Below, in pieces: positions 1-11,738 of a DNA stretch of 64,000 nt. Source of the DNA: Eledone cirrhosa (Eukaryota); assembly GCA_964016885.1 (NCBI GenBank), contig OZ024740.1, positions 85,932,001 through 85,996,000 on the forward strand. Direction: 5' to 3'. The position numbers and the translations under genes were made by a program. Under the pieces are notes generated by a model. That model ran no database searches. It was not told the origin of the DNA and worked only from the letters and a program-made list of their open reading frames with translations. The stretch's first letter is position 1, and each line of letters starts with the position of its first letter.

Positions 1-360
1 TTTGGAAGAAGAATGAGGATGGAGAGAGAGGTGCTCTACCCCAGCAAGTTTTATGAAAGGTGGGTGAAAGTGGCGAGAATGGCCCGAGTGAATGGGCCTT
101 CTCTCTATATCAGCCTGTAGGTTGAGGAAAAGGAGGAGGAGAGGAAAGGAGTACAAACTCTTCGTACTCCTGGAGATGAGGGTTGCACATTTTTTCGGGG
201 GTATGTATTACGCATATGAACTGTCTCCCCCTATTGGGGGAAAATGGACTAATTTTTTAAATTGCATTTGTGATAACATTTTACACGTTTTTATTGTATG
301 TAAACTTCCCCCTTTGTATTTGTCCCCTTCTTTTGTGCCCCTGTGGCTAATAAGGAAACA
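1..360 (+). mobile_element. 3' end of Tx1-clade LINE (copy A0; end of ORF2 plus 3' UTR)
   Basis: Nearly identical to 5948-6308; ends TGTGGCTAATAAGGAAACA, then (TATC)n. Confidence 0.9.
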
Positions 361-464
<104 letters not shown>

Positions 465-681
465 AGACGTGTGTAACTTCGCGGAGAAGTTTCCGTTAAT
501 TTATGTAAGAAAAAAACGTGAGTTTTTAGTTAAATTTTAAATCATTGTGTAACCTGACCACCCGTCTGGACCTTCAGGTGGTGGGTCAACTCATTTTCGC
601 CCCTACAGGGGCGGAATATACATTTAAAAATTTTTTCTCCATCGAATCTTGGAAAAAATATTGTAAAATTTTGATTACGTT

Positions 682-2556
682 ATGAACGCTGCGTCCAACG
701 ATAATGGTGGTGGAGAGGCGGTAAGACTACAAAGCTCGCAGTCAACAACGTCATCTTCACTAGATACTATAGAGATGGAAAGACAAAATGAAAATGTAAA
801 AACGAATTCATATCCAAACAACACAAATGACACCAAACAGTTCAATGACAACAAAAATAACAGCAAAACCAATAATGTTGATAAAAGCAACAATGATAAC
901 AACAACAAAGAAAAAAATAAAGACAACACCAATAACACCAGCATCAAAGACAACAACAACACCAAGGAAAAGACGAATACTATCAACATCGGTGACAACA
1001 AGAATAACAACAACAATAACAACAATAATGACAACACCACCAATACGGATTCCACAAAGAAACCAAAAATCTCCTTTGCAGAGAAAGTTCAAAAGAAGGA
1101 AGAATTGATATATCTCGACATAACAAATGCTGAACAACTTTTAAAGGACGCTAAGAGATATGTCACTTTCGAAAAAAATGGTGCTTTCAGCATCAATTCT
1201 CCGGTAGAAATTCGCAAGGAAACTGCTCTCAAAACGATAGTTTTTAGGACAGTTTCCAATTCTACCCGAAAACCAGTCCAATTGTCACAGAAAGAAATTG
1301 AACTGGTTTTCAAAAATTCAATGAATGATATTGCATTCATTCAAAGAAGCAAACTTTTTGGGAGTATTTCGGTACTCATGAAGGATCAATTGACGGCCCA
1401 AAATTACTCTGTGTCGCCAATTGTATCCAACCTGTACACCTTTTTCCCTACATACATGGGATAAAGGACACAAAAGATCAGAATAACGAGTGTCACACCA
1501 AAGGTGAACATATGGTGGATACTGTGCGGCTTCATCAATTTTGATGAAGACAGAATACTGTCAGTAGGAAAGTCCCCCAGAGATGTATTCAATGGGACTA
1601 GCATTGAAGTTCTGGTGCAAATGAGCCCAGAGCGAATAGCTATGATCCCACAGCGTGTACTCCTGGACGGACTCACCTACATAAACTTTTCGGTTGAGGG
1701 TAGGCGGCCTTCATGTTACCATTGCTTTAGCAGGGGTCACCTGAGGGCTTCCTGTCCTAAATTAATGAACCAAAAAAAGGCTCTTCTGCCGACACCCATC
1801 AAAACAACACAACCACCAACACCACCACCACAACAACAACAACACCAACACACAAAAATAACCACAACAAACACAGTCCCACCCAACCCCACTCCACCTA
1901 AAACCACTGCAAAATCACATACAGACACAACAGCTCCCCAAGACATACCCCTCCCCAATCACACAGACGATACAACAGATGAGGCTATCTCGCCATCACC
2001 CAGTGAAGACGAGGGAGAACCCCATCGCTCGAAAAGAAATAAAAGACATCACAAAAGCAAAAAACCAGCAAACACTACCACAAACATACAACCACCAACA
2101 CAAACAACAAAAACATCACAAACCAAACTCCCACCTCCTGAAAACAAAATACCTACAACAAAACGAAAGCACACACAAGAACTACAGACAAAAACAAACA
2201 CAACACAAGAAAATTACACTTACACTTACATAAACACTGAAAACAAAACACTAATGGAGACCATCACGAACGACCCTTCGGTGAAAACCGAAGGGAAATC
2301 TTTCGCCCACTCTATTAAAAATAGCAAAAAACTGAACCTAAAACTGATTAGGGTCCCTATACAAACTTATAGGTCCCTAAAAGAAACATTTGAGAAGGAT
2401 GTGGGGAATTCCTGCGTGAAACCACTCAACCGCGTCCTTCTCAAATGCCTCCCCACCCCAGACACCCCCATCCCACCACACCCCCACCAAACATCTGCGT
2501 CCCCACCCCGCCGGAAACCACCACCCATCCAGACAACCCCTCCAAACCCCCATTGA
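682..2556 (+). pseudogene. Tx1 ORF1 (gag-like zinc-knuckle protein) with one in-frame stop
   Basis: ORFs 682-1464 and 1504-2556 share a frame. TAA at 1462 corresponds to AAA in copy B. Motif CYHCFSRGHLRASC; N/T/P-rich low-complexity flanks. Confidence 0.85.
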
Positions 2557-2629
2557 AATCGTGCGGCCTGGTCCCCAGGAGGCGAAGGGTGAGTGATCTC
2601 TTTTCCTCTTTTAACTTTTCAGCACCAAC

Positions 2630-5600
2630 ATGGCCAATATAAGAGTTGGATGTGTGAACGTACGCGGCCTGGGGATGCCCTGGAAACAGGGCAAACTCTT
2701 AAACGACCTCAGGTCGCACAGTATGGATGTGGTAGCCATTTGCGAGTCCAGGATCCACGGCGAGCGACAGCTGGCTCCCATCTTCGATGACTTTGAGATC
2801 TACGCATCTCTCTGTCAACCGGCGGTGGGGGCGGAGTTGCCGTTTTGCTGCGGAAACACCTGGGCCTCGTAACACAGACGGTACATATGGACCCGGAGGG
2901 TCGCCCGGTGGTATTAGACGTTGACGGTAGTGAAGGTGGAGCCTTCAGGCTGGTGGCCGCATATGCCCCATCCGGGACACCGCGGCCAGACTTCTTCAAA
3001 CGTCTAGAGACTTTTCTGGGAACGTCCCGCTCCTTGCTTTTAGTGGGGGACTGGAATGGAATCCTAGATGCACGTTGGGACTATGTGGGAGCATGTCCCG
3101 ATAAAGGGGGGTGTAACAGCCTCAAACAGTTAATCGACCGATTTGATCTGGCCGATAGATATCGACTAGATTTTCCGACTGCGCCACTGTGGACGTGAAG
3201 TAATCGTAGCGGAACATCTAGATCGTACCTAGATAGGGTTCTAGTTAGAAATAAGGATAGGGACATGTTAAGCTGTCCACAAATGTTCATGGTTGCCTAT
3301 TCAGATCACAAACTAGTGACCTGCATGGCCAACCTTGATAGAATCCATAGACAAGGACCCGGCTACTGGAAGCTGAACTTGTCGTTACCGACATGCAAAG
3401 CCTACAGTAGACGGATTAGCACTTTAGTTAAACAGCACTTGACAGGGCCATTGTCAACAACAGATGGTGGTACTCTCTCAAGAGGGCAGTTAGATTAGAC
3501 TCGATAGTTTTTAGTAAAGAATTAGCGTTAGATAGAAATAGAACCGAGAAGGAACTGGTAGATAAAGTAGAAGAGGCAATTAGAAGTGGCAACTAGCCAG
3601 CGTGCTAGCAACGAGAACGGCCTTAGACCAGTTCTTCGACGCAAAGCACGAGGGCTGCGTTGTCAGAAGCAAAATACGTGCTGTGGGAAACGAGGGAGCC
3701 AAAGCTGTTAGCTGGGCCCGAGTGACGGAGGCAAAAAGTGGCAACAAGTCCACAATTCGATTTGAAGGACCAAAACGGACGCGTGATACGTGAGCCGAAG
3801 CAGATGTGTGCGGCTTTTCTGCGGCACTTTGCTCGGCTGTTCGGGAGGGGCGGCGCGCCGGGAGAGGCTATGGATTTCGGTCCATACCTCGACGGCCTAC
3901 CGCGACTCTCGCACAGCGAGGCGAAGTTCTGCGAAAAGCCGATTTCAGCCACTGAGATAGGGGACGCGCTGAGCCAATGCGGCAAACGCAAATCTCCAGG
4001 TCTCTACGGTGTACCCTACGAATTTAACGTAGCAATGCCGGACTTATTCTCCGGTCTCCTGGAAGCGGTCTACTGCAACTGGCAACAGAACGGGAGAATT
4101 CCCAGTTCTGTAATCGGGGGCGTGGTCACACTAATCGGGAAGGACGAGAATAAGGGGGATGACATAGGCAACTTCCGGCCCATAACTCTGCTAAACACAG
4201 AGTTACAGATTTTGGCCAAGGTGTTGGCAAAGAGGCTGGCGCTTGTCGGCGAGAACCTGGTGGGAGAAGCGCAGACATGCACAATCCCGACCAGGTCCAT
4301 ACACGACAACCTCCACCTCATGCGATACATCATAGAGAGGGTAGGGTGTAAACCCGGCTTCGGTGGGGCCCTGATCAACTTGGATCAGTCTAAGGCTTTC
4401 GATAGGGTTGACCATCGTTACCTGGATGCGTTGCTCGAGGCGGCAAGCTTCGGACCCGTATTCAGGGGCTGGATTGCTGCAATGCACAACAGCAACATCT
4501 GCTCAAGGGTCATGGTGAACGGCTACCTCTCGGAGCCGTTCCATATTACGCGATCCAATCGACAAGGATGCCCTCTCTCCTCCCTTCTGTACGTACTGAC
4601 TCTCGAGCCACTACTGCGGAAGCTGGAGCTATTGCAGGGCATCCCTCTGGAACCGGGACTGCGGAAAGCGGCGTCGGCCTACGCCGACGACGTGACAGTA
4701 ATCGTGTCGAGCGCCTCGCAAATCGAGGAAGTCGGCACCTTACTGAAGGAATACGAAAGTCTCACAGGAGTGAAGCTGAACCGGGACAAGTCCATCGGTT
4801 TGCAGCTCGGATCGTGGAGAGGCAAACCGATGCCTTCCGATGGCGTCGTCGGACGCTGGACGGAAGGACCGGTAAAGCTGCTCGGGGTCTGGTTTGGTCC
4901 GGACCTCCAGGTGGAGAAGAACTGGAACGAAGTGACGGCCAAGGTGTTTGCACTCACCCAGAATTGGGCCGAGAGCAAACTATCCTTGAAAGGTCGAGCG
5001 GAGGTGGCGAACACTTTTATAGCGTCCGCCATCTACTACCGCTTGACCGTCGTGCCTTGTCCAGCCAAAACGCTCGCCAAAATGGAGCGCGCGCTCTTCC
5101 GATTCCTTTGGAAGAGGCGGGCTCCTTTGGTGAGAAGATCCATCTGCTGCCAACACCCTTCTAACGGAGGGCTGGGGATGCCGTGGCTGACGATGCGCAA
5201 ACACGCGCTCAGGCTGCGGCATCTCTACGTATTCCTCACCGGACAACCGGTGCGGGCCCCGTTCGTGAGGCGAGCCGTCCCACGACTCGTCACGCTGACC
5301 GAGCTGCAGTCCTGGGTCAAGCAAAGACCGAGGAAAATGGGCGACTGGCACATCGAATGTGCTCAGGCGCTCACAGCCCTCTGGCAGGCGGACCCGGTGA
5401 TCATTGGAGACTCCACTTCGTCATTCTATAGAGGGTTGGTCCGCAGCAAGTGCGACGACGCGCTCGTGAAACTCTAGGCGTAGAGGAAGATGAACTGGCC
5501 AGTCTGTTCGGTAGGACCTTCCGCCCGGGACCGATGGACAACTTCCAAAAGTCCCTGGCCTGGCAGTGCTACCGAGGAGCTCTACCAGTTCGAGACAAGC

Positions 5601-6067
5601 TCTACAGACATGGGCGCCCGGGCAGGGACCCTGCAAAAAAGATCTGTCCGAGGTGCGTGCGAGACGAAGAAACCGTCGCGCACGCATTCATACACTGCCC
5701 GGGCGTCACTGACCTGTGGGGCTATGTAGAACGACTATAGTCGCGGGTGGGACCAATCCAGTTGACCACCGAGTCCATTGTCATGATCAAACCGCCACCC
5801 TCCTTCAAAAACGAAGGAGAGGCGGTTTTCCTTTGTGTGATAGCTATGGCGAAAGATGTTGTATGGTGGACAAGGTTGAAAGGGCTGAGGTCAGACACCT
5901 TTCTCTCTGTCTCCGGCCAACAACTGATTCTTTTTTTCAAATACCACTTTGGAAGAAGAATCAGGATGGAGAGAGAGGTGCTGTACCCCAGCAAGTTTTA
6001 TGAAAGGTGGGTGAAAGTGGCGAGAATGGCCCGAGTGAATGGGCCTTCTCTCTATATCAGCCTGTAG
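2630..6067 (+). pseudogene. Tx1 ORF2: APE endonuclease, reverse transcriptase, C-terminal CCHC; frameshifted
   Basis: NVRGL, GDWN, SDH (APE); FRPITLLN, DQSKAFDRV, RQGCPLS, YADD (RT); CPRCVRDEETVAHAFIHC. Confidence 0.92.
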
Positions 6068-6308
6068 GTTGAGGAAAAGGAGGAGGAGAGGAAAGGAGTA
6101 CAAACTCTTCGTACTCCTGGAGATGAGGGTTGCACATTTTTTTTCGGGAGTATGTGTTACCCATATAAACTGTCTCCCTCTATTGGGGAAAATCGACTAA
6201 CTTTTTAAATTCCATTTGTGATAACATTTTACACGTTTTTATTGTATGTAAACCTCCCCCTTTGTATTTGTCCCCTTCTTTTGTGCCCCTGTGGCTAATA
6301 AAGAAATA

Positions 6309-6378
6309 TATCTATCTATCTATCTATCAATATACCTACCTACCTACCTACCTACCTACCTATCTATCTATCTATCTA
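6309..6378 (+). repeat. (TATC)n/(TACC)n tract
   Basis: Seen directly. Confidence 0.9.
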
Positions 6379-9270
6379 GATAAAACCCATAGACAGGGAC
6401 CCGACTACTGGAAGCTGAACTTGTTGTTAGCGACATGCAGAGCCTACAGTAGACGGATTAGCACTTTAGTTAAGCAGCACTTTACGGGGGCCATTGTCAA
6501 CAACAGATGGTGGTACTCTCTCAAGAGGGCAGTTAGATTAGACTCGATAGGTTTTAGTAAAGAATTAGTGCAGATAGAACTAAAACCGAAAAGGAACTGG
6601 TAGATAAAGTAGAAGAGGCACTTAGGAGTGGCAACGTAGCCAGCGTGCTAGCAACGAGAACGGCATTGGACCAGTTCTTCGACGCAAAGCATGAAGGCTG
6701 CGTTGTCAGAAGCAAAATAAGTGCTCTGGGAAACGAGGGAACCAAAGCTGTTAGCTGGGCCCCAGTGACGGAGGCGAAAAGTGGCAACAAGTCCACGATT
6801 CGGTCTTTGAAGGACCAAGACGGACGCGTGATAAGTGATCCAAAGCAGATGTGCGCGGCCTTTCAGCGGCACTTTGCTCAGCTGTTCGGGCAGGGCGCGC
6901 GCCGAGAGGGGCTATGGATTTCGGTCCCAACCTCGACGGCTTACCGCGACTCTCGGACAGCGAGGCAAAGTTCTGCGAAAGGCCGATTTCGGCCGCTGAG
7001 ACAGGGGACGCGCTGAGCCAATGCGGCAAACGCAAATCTCCAGGTCTCGATGGTCTACCCTACGAATGTTACGTAGCAGTGCCGGACTTGTTCTCCGGTC
7101 TCCTGGAAGCGGTCTACTGCAACTGGCAGCAGAACGGGAGAATTCCCAGTTCTGTGACCAAGGGCGTAGTCACGTTAGTCAGGAAGGACGAGAATAAGGG
7201 GGATGACATAGGCAACTTCCGGCCCATAACTCTGCTAAACACAGAGTTACAGATTTTGGGCAAGGTGTTGGCAAAGAGGCTGGCGCTTGTCGTCGAAAAC
7301 CTGGTGGAAGAAGCTCAGTTATGCGCAATCCCGACCAGGTCCATACACGACAACCTCCACCTCATGCGATACATCATAAAGAGGGTAGGGAGTAAACCCG
7401 GCTTCGGTGGGGCTCTGATCAACTTGGATCAGTCTAAGGATTTCGATAGGGTTGACCATCGTTACCTGGATGCGGTGCTCGAGACGGCAGGCTTCGGACC
7501 TGTGTTCAGGGGCTGGATTGCTGCAATGCACAGCAGCAACATCTGCTCAAGAGTCAAGGTGAACGGCTACCTCTCGGAGCCGTTCCATATCACGTGATCC
7601 ATCCGAGAGGGATGCCCTCTCTCCTCCCTTCTGTATGTATTGACTCTCGAGCCACTACTGCGGTAGTTGGAGCTATTGCAGGATATCCCTTTGGAACCGG
7701 GTCTGCAAAAAGCAGTATAGTGTCGAGCACCTCGCAAATCGGAGAGGTCGGCACCTTACTGGAAGAATACGAAAGGTTCACAGGAGCAAAGCTGAACCGG
7801 GACAAATCCGTCGGTTTGCAACTCGGAACGGAGAGGCAAACCGATGCCTTTCGATTGCGTCGTCGGACGCTGGACGGAAGGACCGGTAAAGCTGCTCGGG
7901 GTCTGGTTTGGTCCGGACCTCCAGGTGGAGAAGAACACGATCGAGGTGACGGCCAAGGTGTTTGCGCCAACCCAGAAGTGGGCGTAGTGCAAACTATCCT
8001 TGAAAGGTCGAGCGGAGGTGGCGAACACTTTTATAGCGTCGTCATCTACTACCGCTTGACCGTCGTGCCGTGTCCAGCCAAAACGCTCATCAAAATGGAG
8101 CGCGCGCTCTTCCAATTCCTTTGGAAGAAACGGGCTCCTTTGGTGAGAAGATCCATCTGCTGCCAACACCCTTCAAACAGAGGGCTGGGGATGCGGTGGC
8201 TGATGATGCGCAAACACGTGCTCAGGCTGCGGCACCTTCACGTATTCCTCACCGGACAACCGCTGTGGGCCCCGTTCGTGAGGCGAGCCTTCAAATGACT
8301 CGTCTCGCTGACCGAGCTGCAGTCCTGGGTCAAGCAAAGACCGAGGAAAATTTGCGACTGGCACATCGAATGTGCTCAGGCACACGGACCCGGCGATCAG
8401 TGGAGACTCCACTTAGACATTCTATAGAGGGTTGGTCCGCAGCAATTGCGACGACGCGCTCTGAGAAACTCTAGGCGTAGAGGTGGACGAACTGACCTTC
8501 CACCCGGGACCAATGGACAACTTCCAAAAGTCCCTGGCCTGGCAGTGCTACCGAGGAGCTCTACCAGTTCGAGACAGGCTCTACAGACACGGATGCCTTC
8601 GGCAGGGACCCTTCGAAAAATATCTGTCCGAGATGCGTGCACGACGAAGAAACCGTCGCGCACGCATTTGTACACTGCCCGGGCGTTACCGACCTTTGGG
8701 GCTATGTAGAATGACTATTGTCGCGGGTGGGACCAATCCAGTTGACCACCGAGTCCATTGTCATGATCAAACCGCCACCCTCCTTCAAAAACGAGGGCGA
8801 GGCGGTTTTCCTATGTGTTATGGCTATGGTGAAAGAGGTTAGATGGTGGACGAGGTTAAAAGGGCTGAGGTCAGACACCTTTCTCTACGGCGAGCAACTG
8901 ATTCGTTTTTCAAATATCATTTTGGAAGAAGAATCAGGATGGAGAGAGAGGTGCTGTACCCCAGCAAATTTATAAAAGGTGGGTGAATGTGGCAAAGATG
9001 CCCGAGTGGTTGGAACTTCTCTCTATATAAGCCTATAGGTTGAGGAAAAAGAGGAAGAGAGGAAGGGAGTACTCACTCTTGGTGCACCTGGAGATGAAGG
9101 TTGTACATTTTTCGGGGTGTGTACATCCCCTGTGTAACGCCTCCCCCTTATTGGAGATTTCAATTGTTATTTGTTATTTTATTAATAGTTATATTTTCAT
9201 ATACCTGTATGTAAACCCCCAATTTGTATTTTTCCCTTTCTTTTGTTCCCTTGTAGCTAATGACATTTTT
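6377..9270 (+). mobile_element. 5'-truncated, decayed Tx1 copy A2
   Basis: Starts at the DKTHRQGPDYWK segment homologous to ~3337. Collinear with A1 ORF2, with small deletions including the YADD region; 3' UTR then TATC. Confidence 0.9.
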
Positions 9271-9294
9271 TATCTATCCATCAATCTATCATTG

Positions 9295-9401
9295 TTATAA
9301 ATTCTTTTTTACACGCATGTATGTAAACTCCCCACTTTGTATTTGTCCCCATCGTTTGCGCCCTTGTGGCGAATAAAGAAATTTATCTATCAATCTATCT
9401 A

Positions 9402-9432
<31 letters not shown>
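9295..9432 (+). mobile_element. Very short Tx1 3'-end copy plus (TATC)/(TGTC)n
   Basis: TGTATGTAAAC..TTTGTATTTGTCCCC..TGTGGCGAATAAAGAAAT repeats the Tx1 terminus. Confidence 0.75.
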
Positions 9433-9734
9433 CTCTCTTTTTCTCTATATCACGCAAGCTGCTTTTGTCGTCCACCAATTGCCGAAGTCTTCACTACTTG
9501 ACTTAATTTGATTTCGATTTGTCTTTTGATCTCATATAACTAACCAGATGAGTAAAGACGTTCTTCTCATCCAATTCCTTAATTCTTATCTTTTGATCTA
9601 TAACAATTTCTATTTATCTTACAAATTTTGACTGGGGCGAAATGTCCTTTTTATTTTTGCCCTCGATCCATCTGTCGCACACTTTTGTTTCCTGCATATT
9701 TACATATTTATTTATTTATTTATATTATTTTACT

Positions 9735-9850
9735 CAGTATCGGTAGAGAGTCGAACACCATGCTTTGAAGCATAGAGTTACGTCCCTTTATGATCTGAGT
9801 TCAAATCCCGTCGAGGTTAACTTTGCCTTTCATCCTTACGGGGTCGATAT
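9735..9850 (+). mobile_element. tRNA-derived SINE, partial
   Basis: B box GAGTTCAAATCC then AACTTTGCCTTTCATCCTTACGGGGTCGAT, shared with the other SINE copies. Confidence 0.75.
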
Positions 9851-10445
9851 ATTACTATATATAACACAATTTGTTCACAATAGTATTGTTGGTTAGAGAT
9901 CCAACGATCCAATCTGTTTCATTGCATTCATATTTGTGTGTCTGACAAGGGATTCTCTTTGCAACTCGACCTAAACGGCATATATTTGTTCGAAGTAACG
10001 GTTTAGCAGTTTTTCCTTCATGATCCTTTTTACATGTTTCGCTGATGTTTAAAATGAAATCTTATGTCCACATCCGTATGTTCATTTCACATATTTTCTA
10101 TTATCTTTGAAGGTTTTGGTGACATACTTTTTGTCTAATACTAAACTGCAAAAATATGTAAAACATTTCAGAAATTCAGTATGTGATAGCTGGTATACAT
10201 AGAGAAACATATGCACGTGTACATATATAAATAAAAAAATACAGACCCACACTTGCAATAACATCCTGTACACACACACACACACACACACTCACTCACA
10301 CACACACACATACATGTTTACATATATATTTACTTAGTTGTTGTTGTCTAAATTCAAATGAAAGAGTCTTGTTTCTATGTCAGAAACCGGCTCTCTCTTT
10401 TTTGGTAAAAAATCATTAAATAATAAAACCAGAAGAGCACATCTA

Positions 10446-10480
<35 letters not shown>

Positions 10481-10715
10481 GCTTCCAGTATCCGGGTCCC
10501 CGTCTATGAGTTCTATCAAGGTTGACTACGCAGGTGACTAATTGTGGTCTGAATAGGCAACCGTGTGCATTTGTGGATAGCTTAATGTTTCCATATCATT
10601 CTGTCTAATTAAAAATCTATCTAAATACGATCTAGAAAGCCCAGTGCGGTTGCTCCACGTCCACAGTGGTGCACTTGGGAAGTCTAGTCGATATCTGTCA
10701 GCCAGTTGGAATTGG
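10481..10715 (-). mobile_element. Inverted Tx1 ORF2 fragment (end of APE)
   Basis: Minus strand reads LADRYRLDFPSAPLWTWSNR..AYSDH..GPGYWK; abuts (TATC)n at 10441-10480. Confidence 0.85.
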
Positions 10716-10929
10716 CTTAAAAATTGGCTTAAAAACAACAAGAAGGCTGGATGGGAAACTTTATTATTTTAATTCTGTGAAAACATTATATATATTTCAA
10801 TGGTCAAGCTTCATCATCTGAATATGATGCAATATGCAGACAATTTTATCAGGTGTTAATTGCAGAAATAGTTATATAAGATATCATGATTTTACCTAAC
10901 ACAAATAGAGAGCAGGAAATAGAAACTTT

Positions 10930-11606
10930 TGCCAAAAGGACCTGTCCAAGATGCGTGCAGGACATCGAAACCGTTCTGCACGCAATTGTTCAGTGCCCAG
11001 GGGTGACCGACCTGTGGAATTATGTCGAACAGCTGATATCACGTGTGGGACGCATCCAGTTGTCAGCAGAGTCCATCGTGAGAATCACACCGCCGCCTTC
11101 ATTTAAGAACGAAGGAGGGGCGGTTTTCCTGTCTGGTGGCTATGGCGAAAGAGGTAATATGGTGGACGAGGTTAAAAAGACTGAGGGCAAACACCGTTCT
11201 CTCCGGACAACAACTTATCCCCTTCTTTAAGTATCACTTCAGAAGGAAGGTGAGAGTGGAGAGGGAGGTGCTACACCCCAGTAAATTCGCTGAAAGGTAG
11301 GTGAATGTGGCAAAAATGGCCCGAGTGAATGGGCCTTCTCTGTATACAAACCTGTAGGTTGAGGAAGATAAACAGAGGGAATACAGGAACACCTACAAAA
11401 CGTGTTCCTGGTGTTGAGGGTTAGTCTATCCACGGGGTGTAAAACAACCCTGCAGTAACGTTCCCCCCTATTGGGGATCTCAATTGTTATTTTATTATAT
11501 ATAGTTTATTGTTATTTATTAATGTTAAAGTTATTTTTATGTAAAACCCCGCCGTCACGTCTTGTAATATCCCACTTTTGTACGCCCCTGTGGCAAATAA
11601 AGAAAG
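10930..11606 (+). mobile_element. Tx1 3' fragment (CCHC domain plus 3' UTR)
   Basis: CPRCVQDIETVLHAIVQC; ends TGTGGCAAATAAAGAAA, then (TATC)n. Confidence 0.88.
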
Positions 11607-11607
11607 A

Positions 11608-11704
<97 letters not shown>

Positions 11705-11738
11705 CTATCTATCTATCTATCTATCTCTCTTTCTGTCT
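11607..11738 (+). repeat. (TATC)n tract
   Basis: Seen directly. Confidence 0.95.

Larger units (their letters stand above)
466..6308 (+). mobile_element. Full-length Tx1-clade (L1 group) non-LTR retrotransposon, copy A1, inactivated
   Basis: 5' UTR, ORF1 with CCHC knuckle, ORF2 APE-RT-CCHC, 3' UTR ending AATAAAGAAATA; (TATC)nA on both sides. Confidence 0.93.

Noticed and set aside
675-1137. Hydrophobic antisense ORFs resembling membrane proteins
   Set aside because: Reverse complement of the AAC-rich Tx1 ORF1
10345-10400. Possible hammerhead (AAATGAAAGAG...GAAACCGG)
   Set aside because: CTGANGA core and stem I are not recoverable
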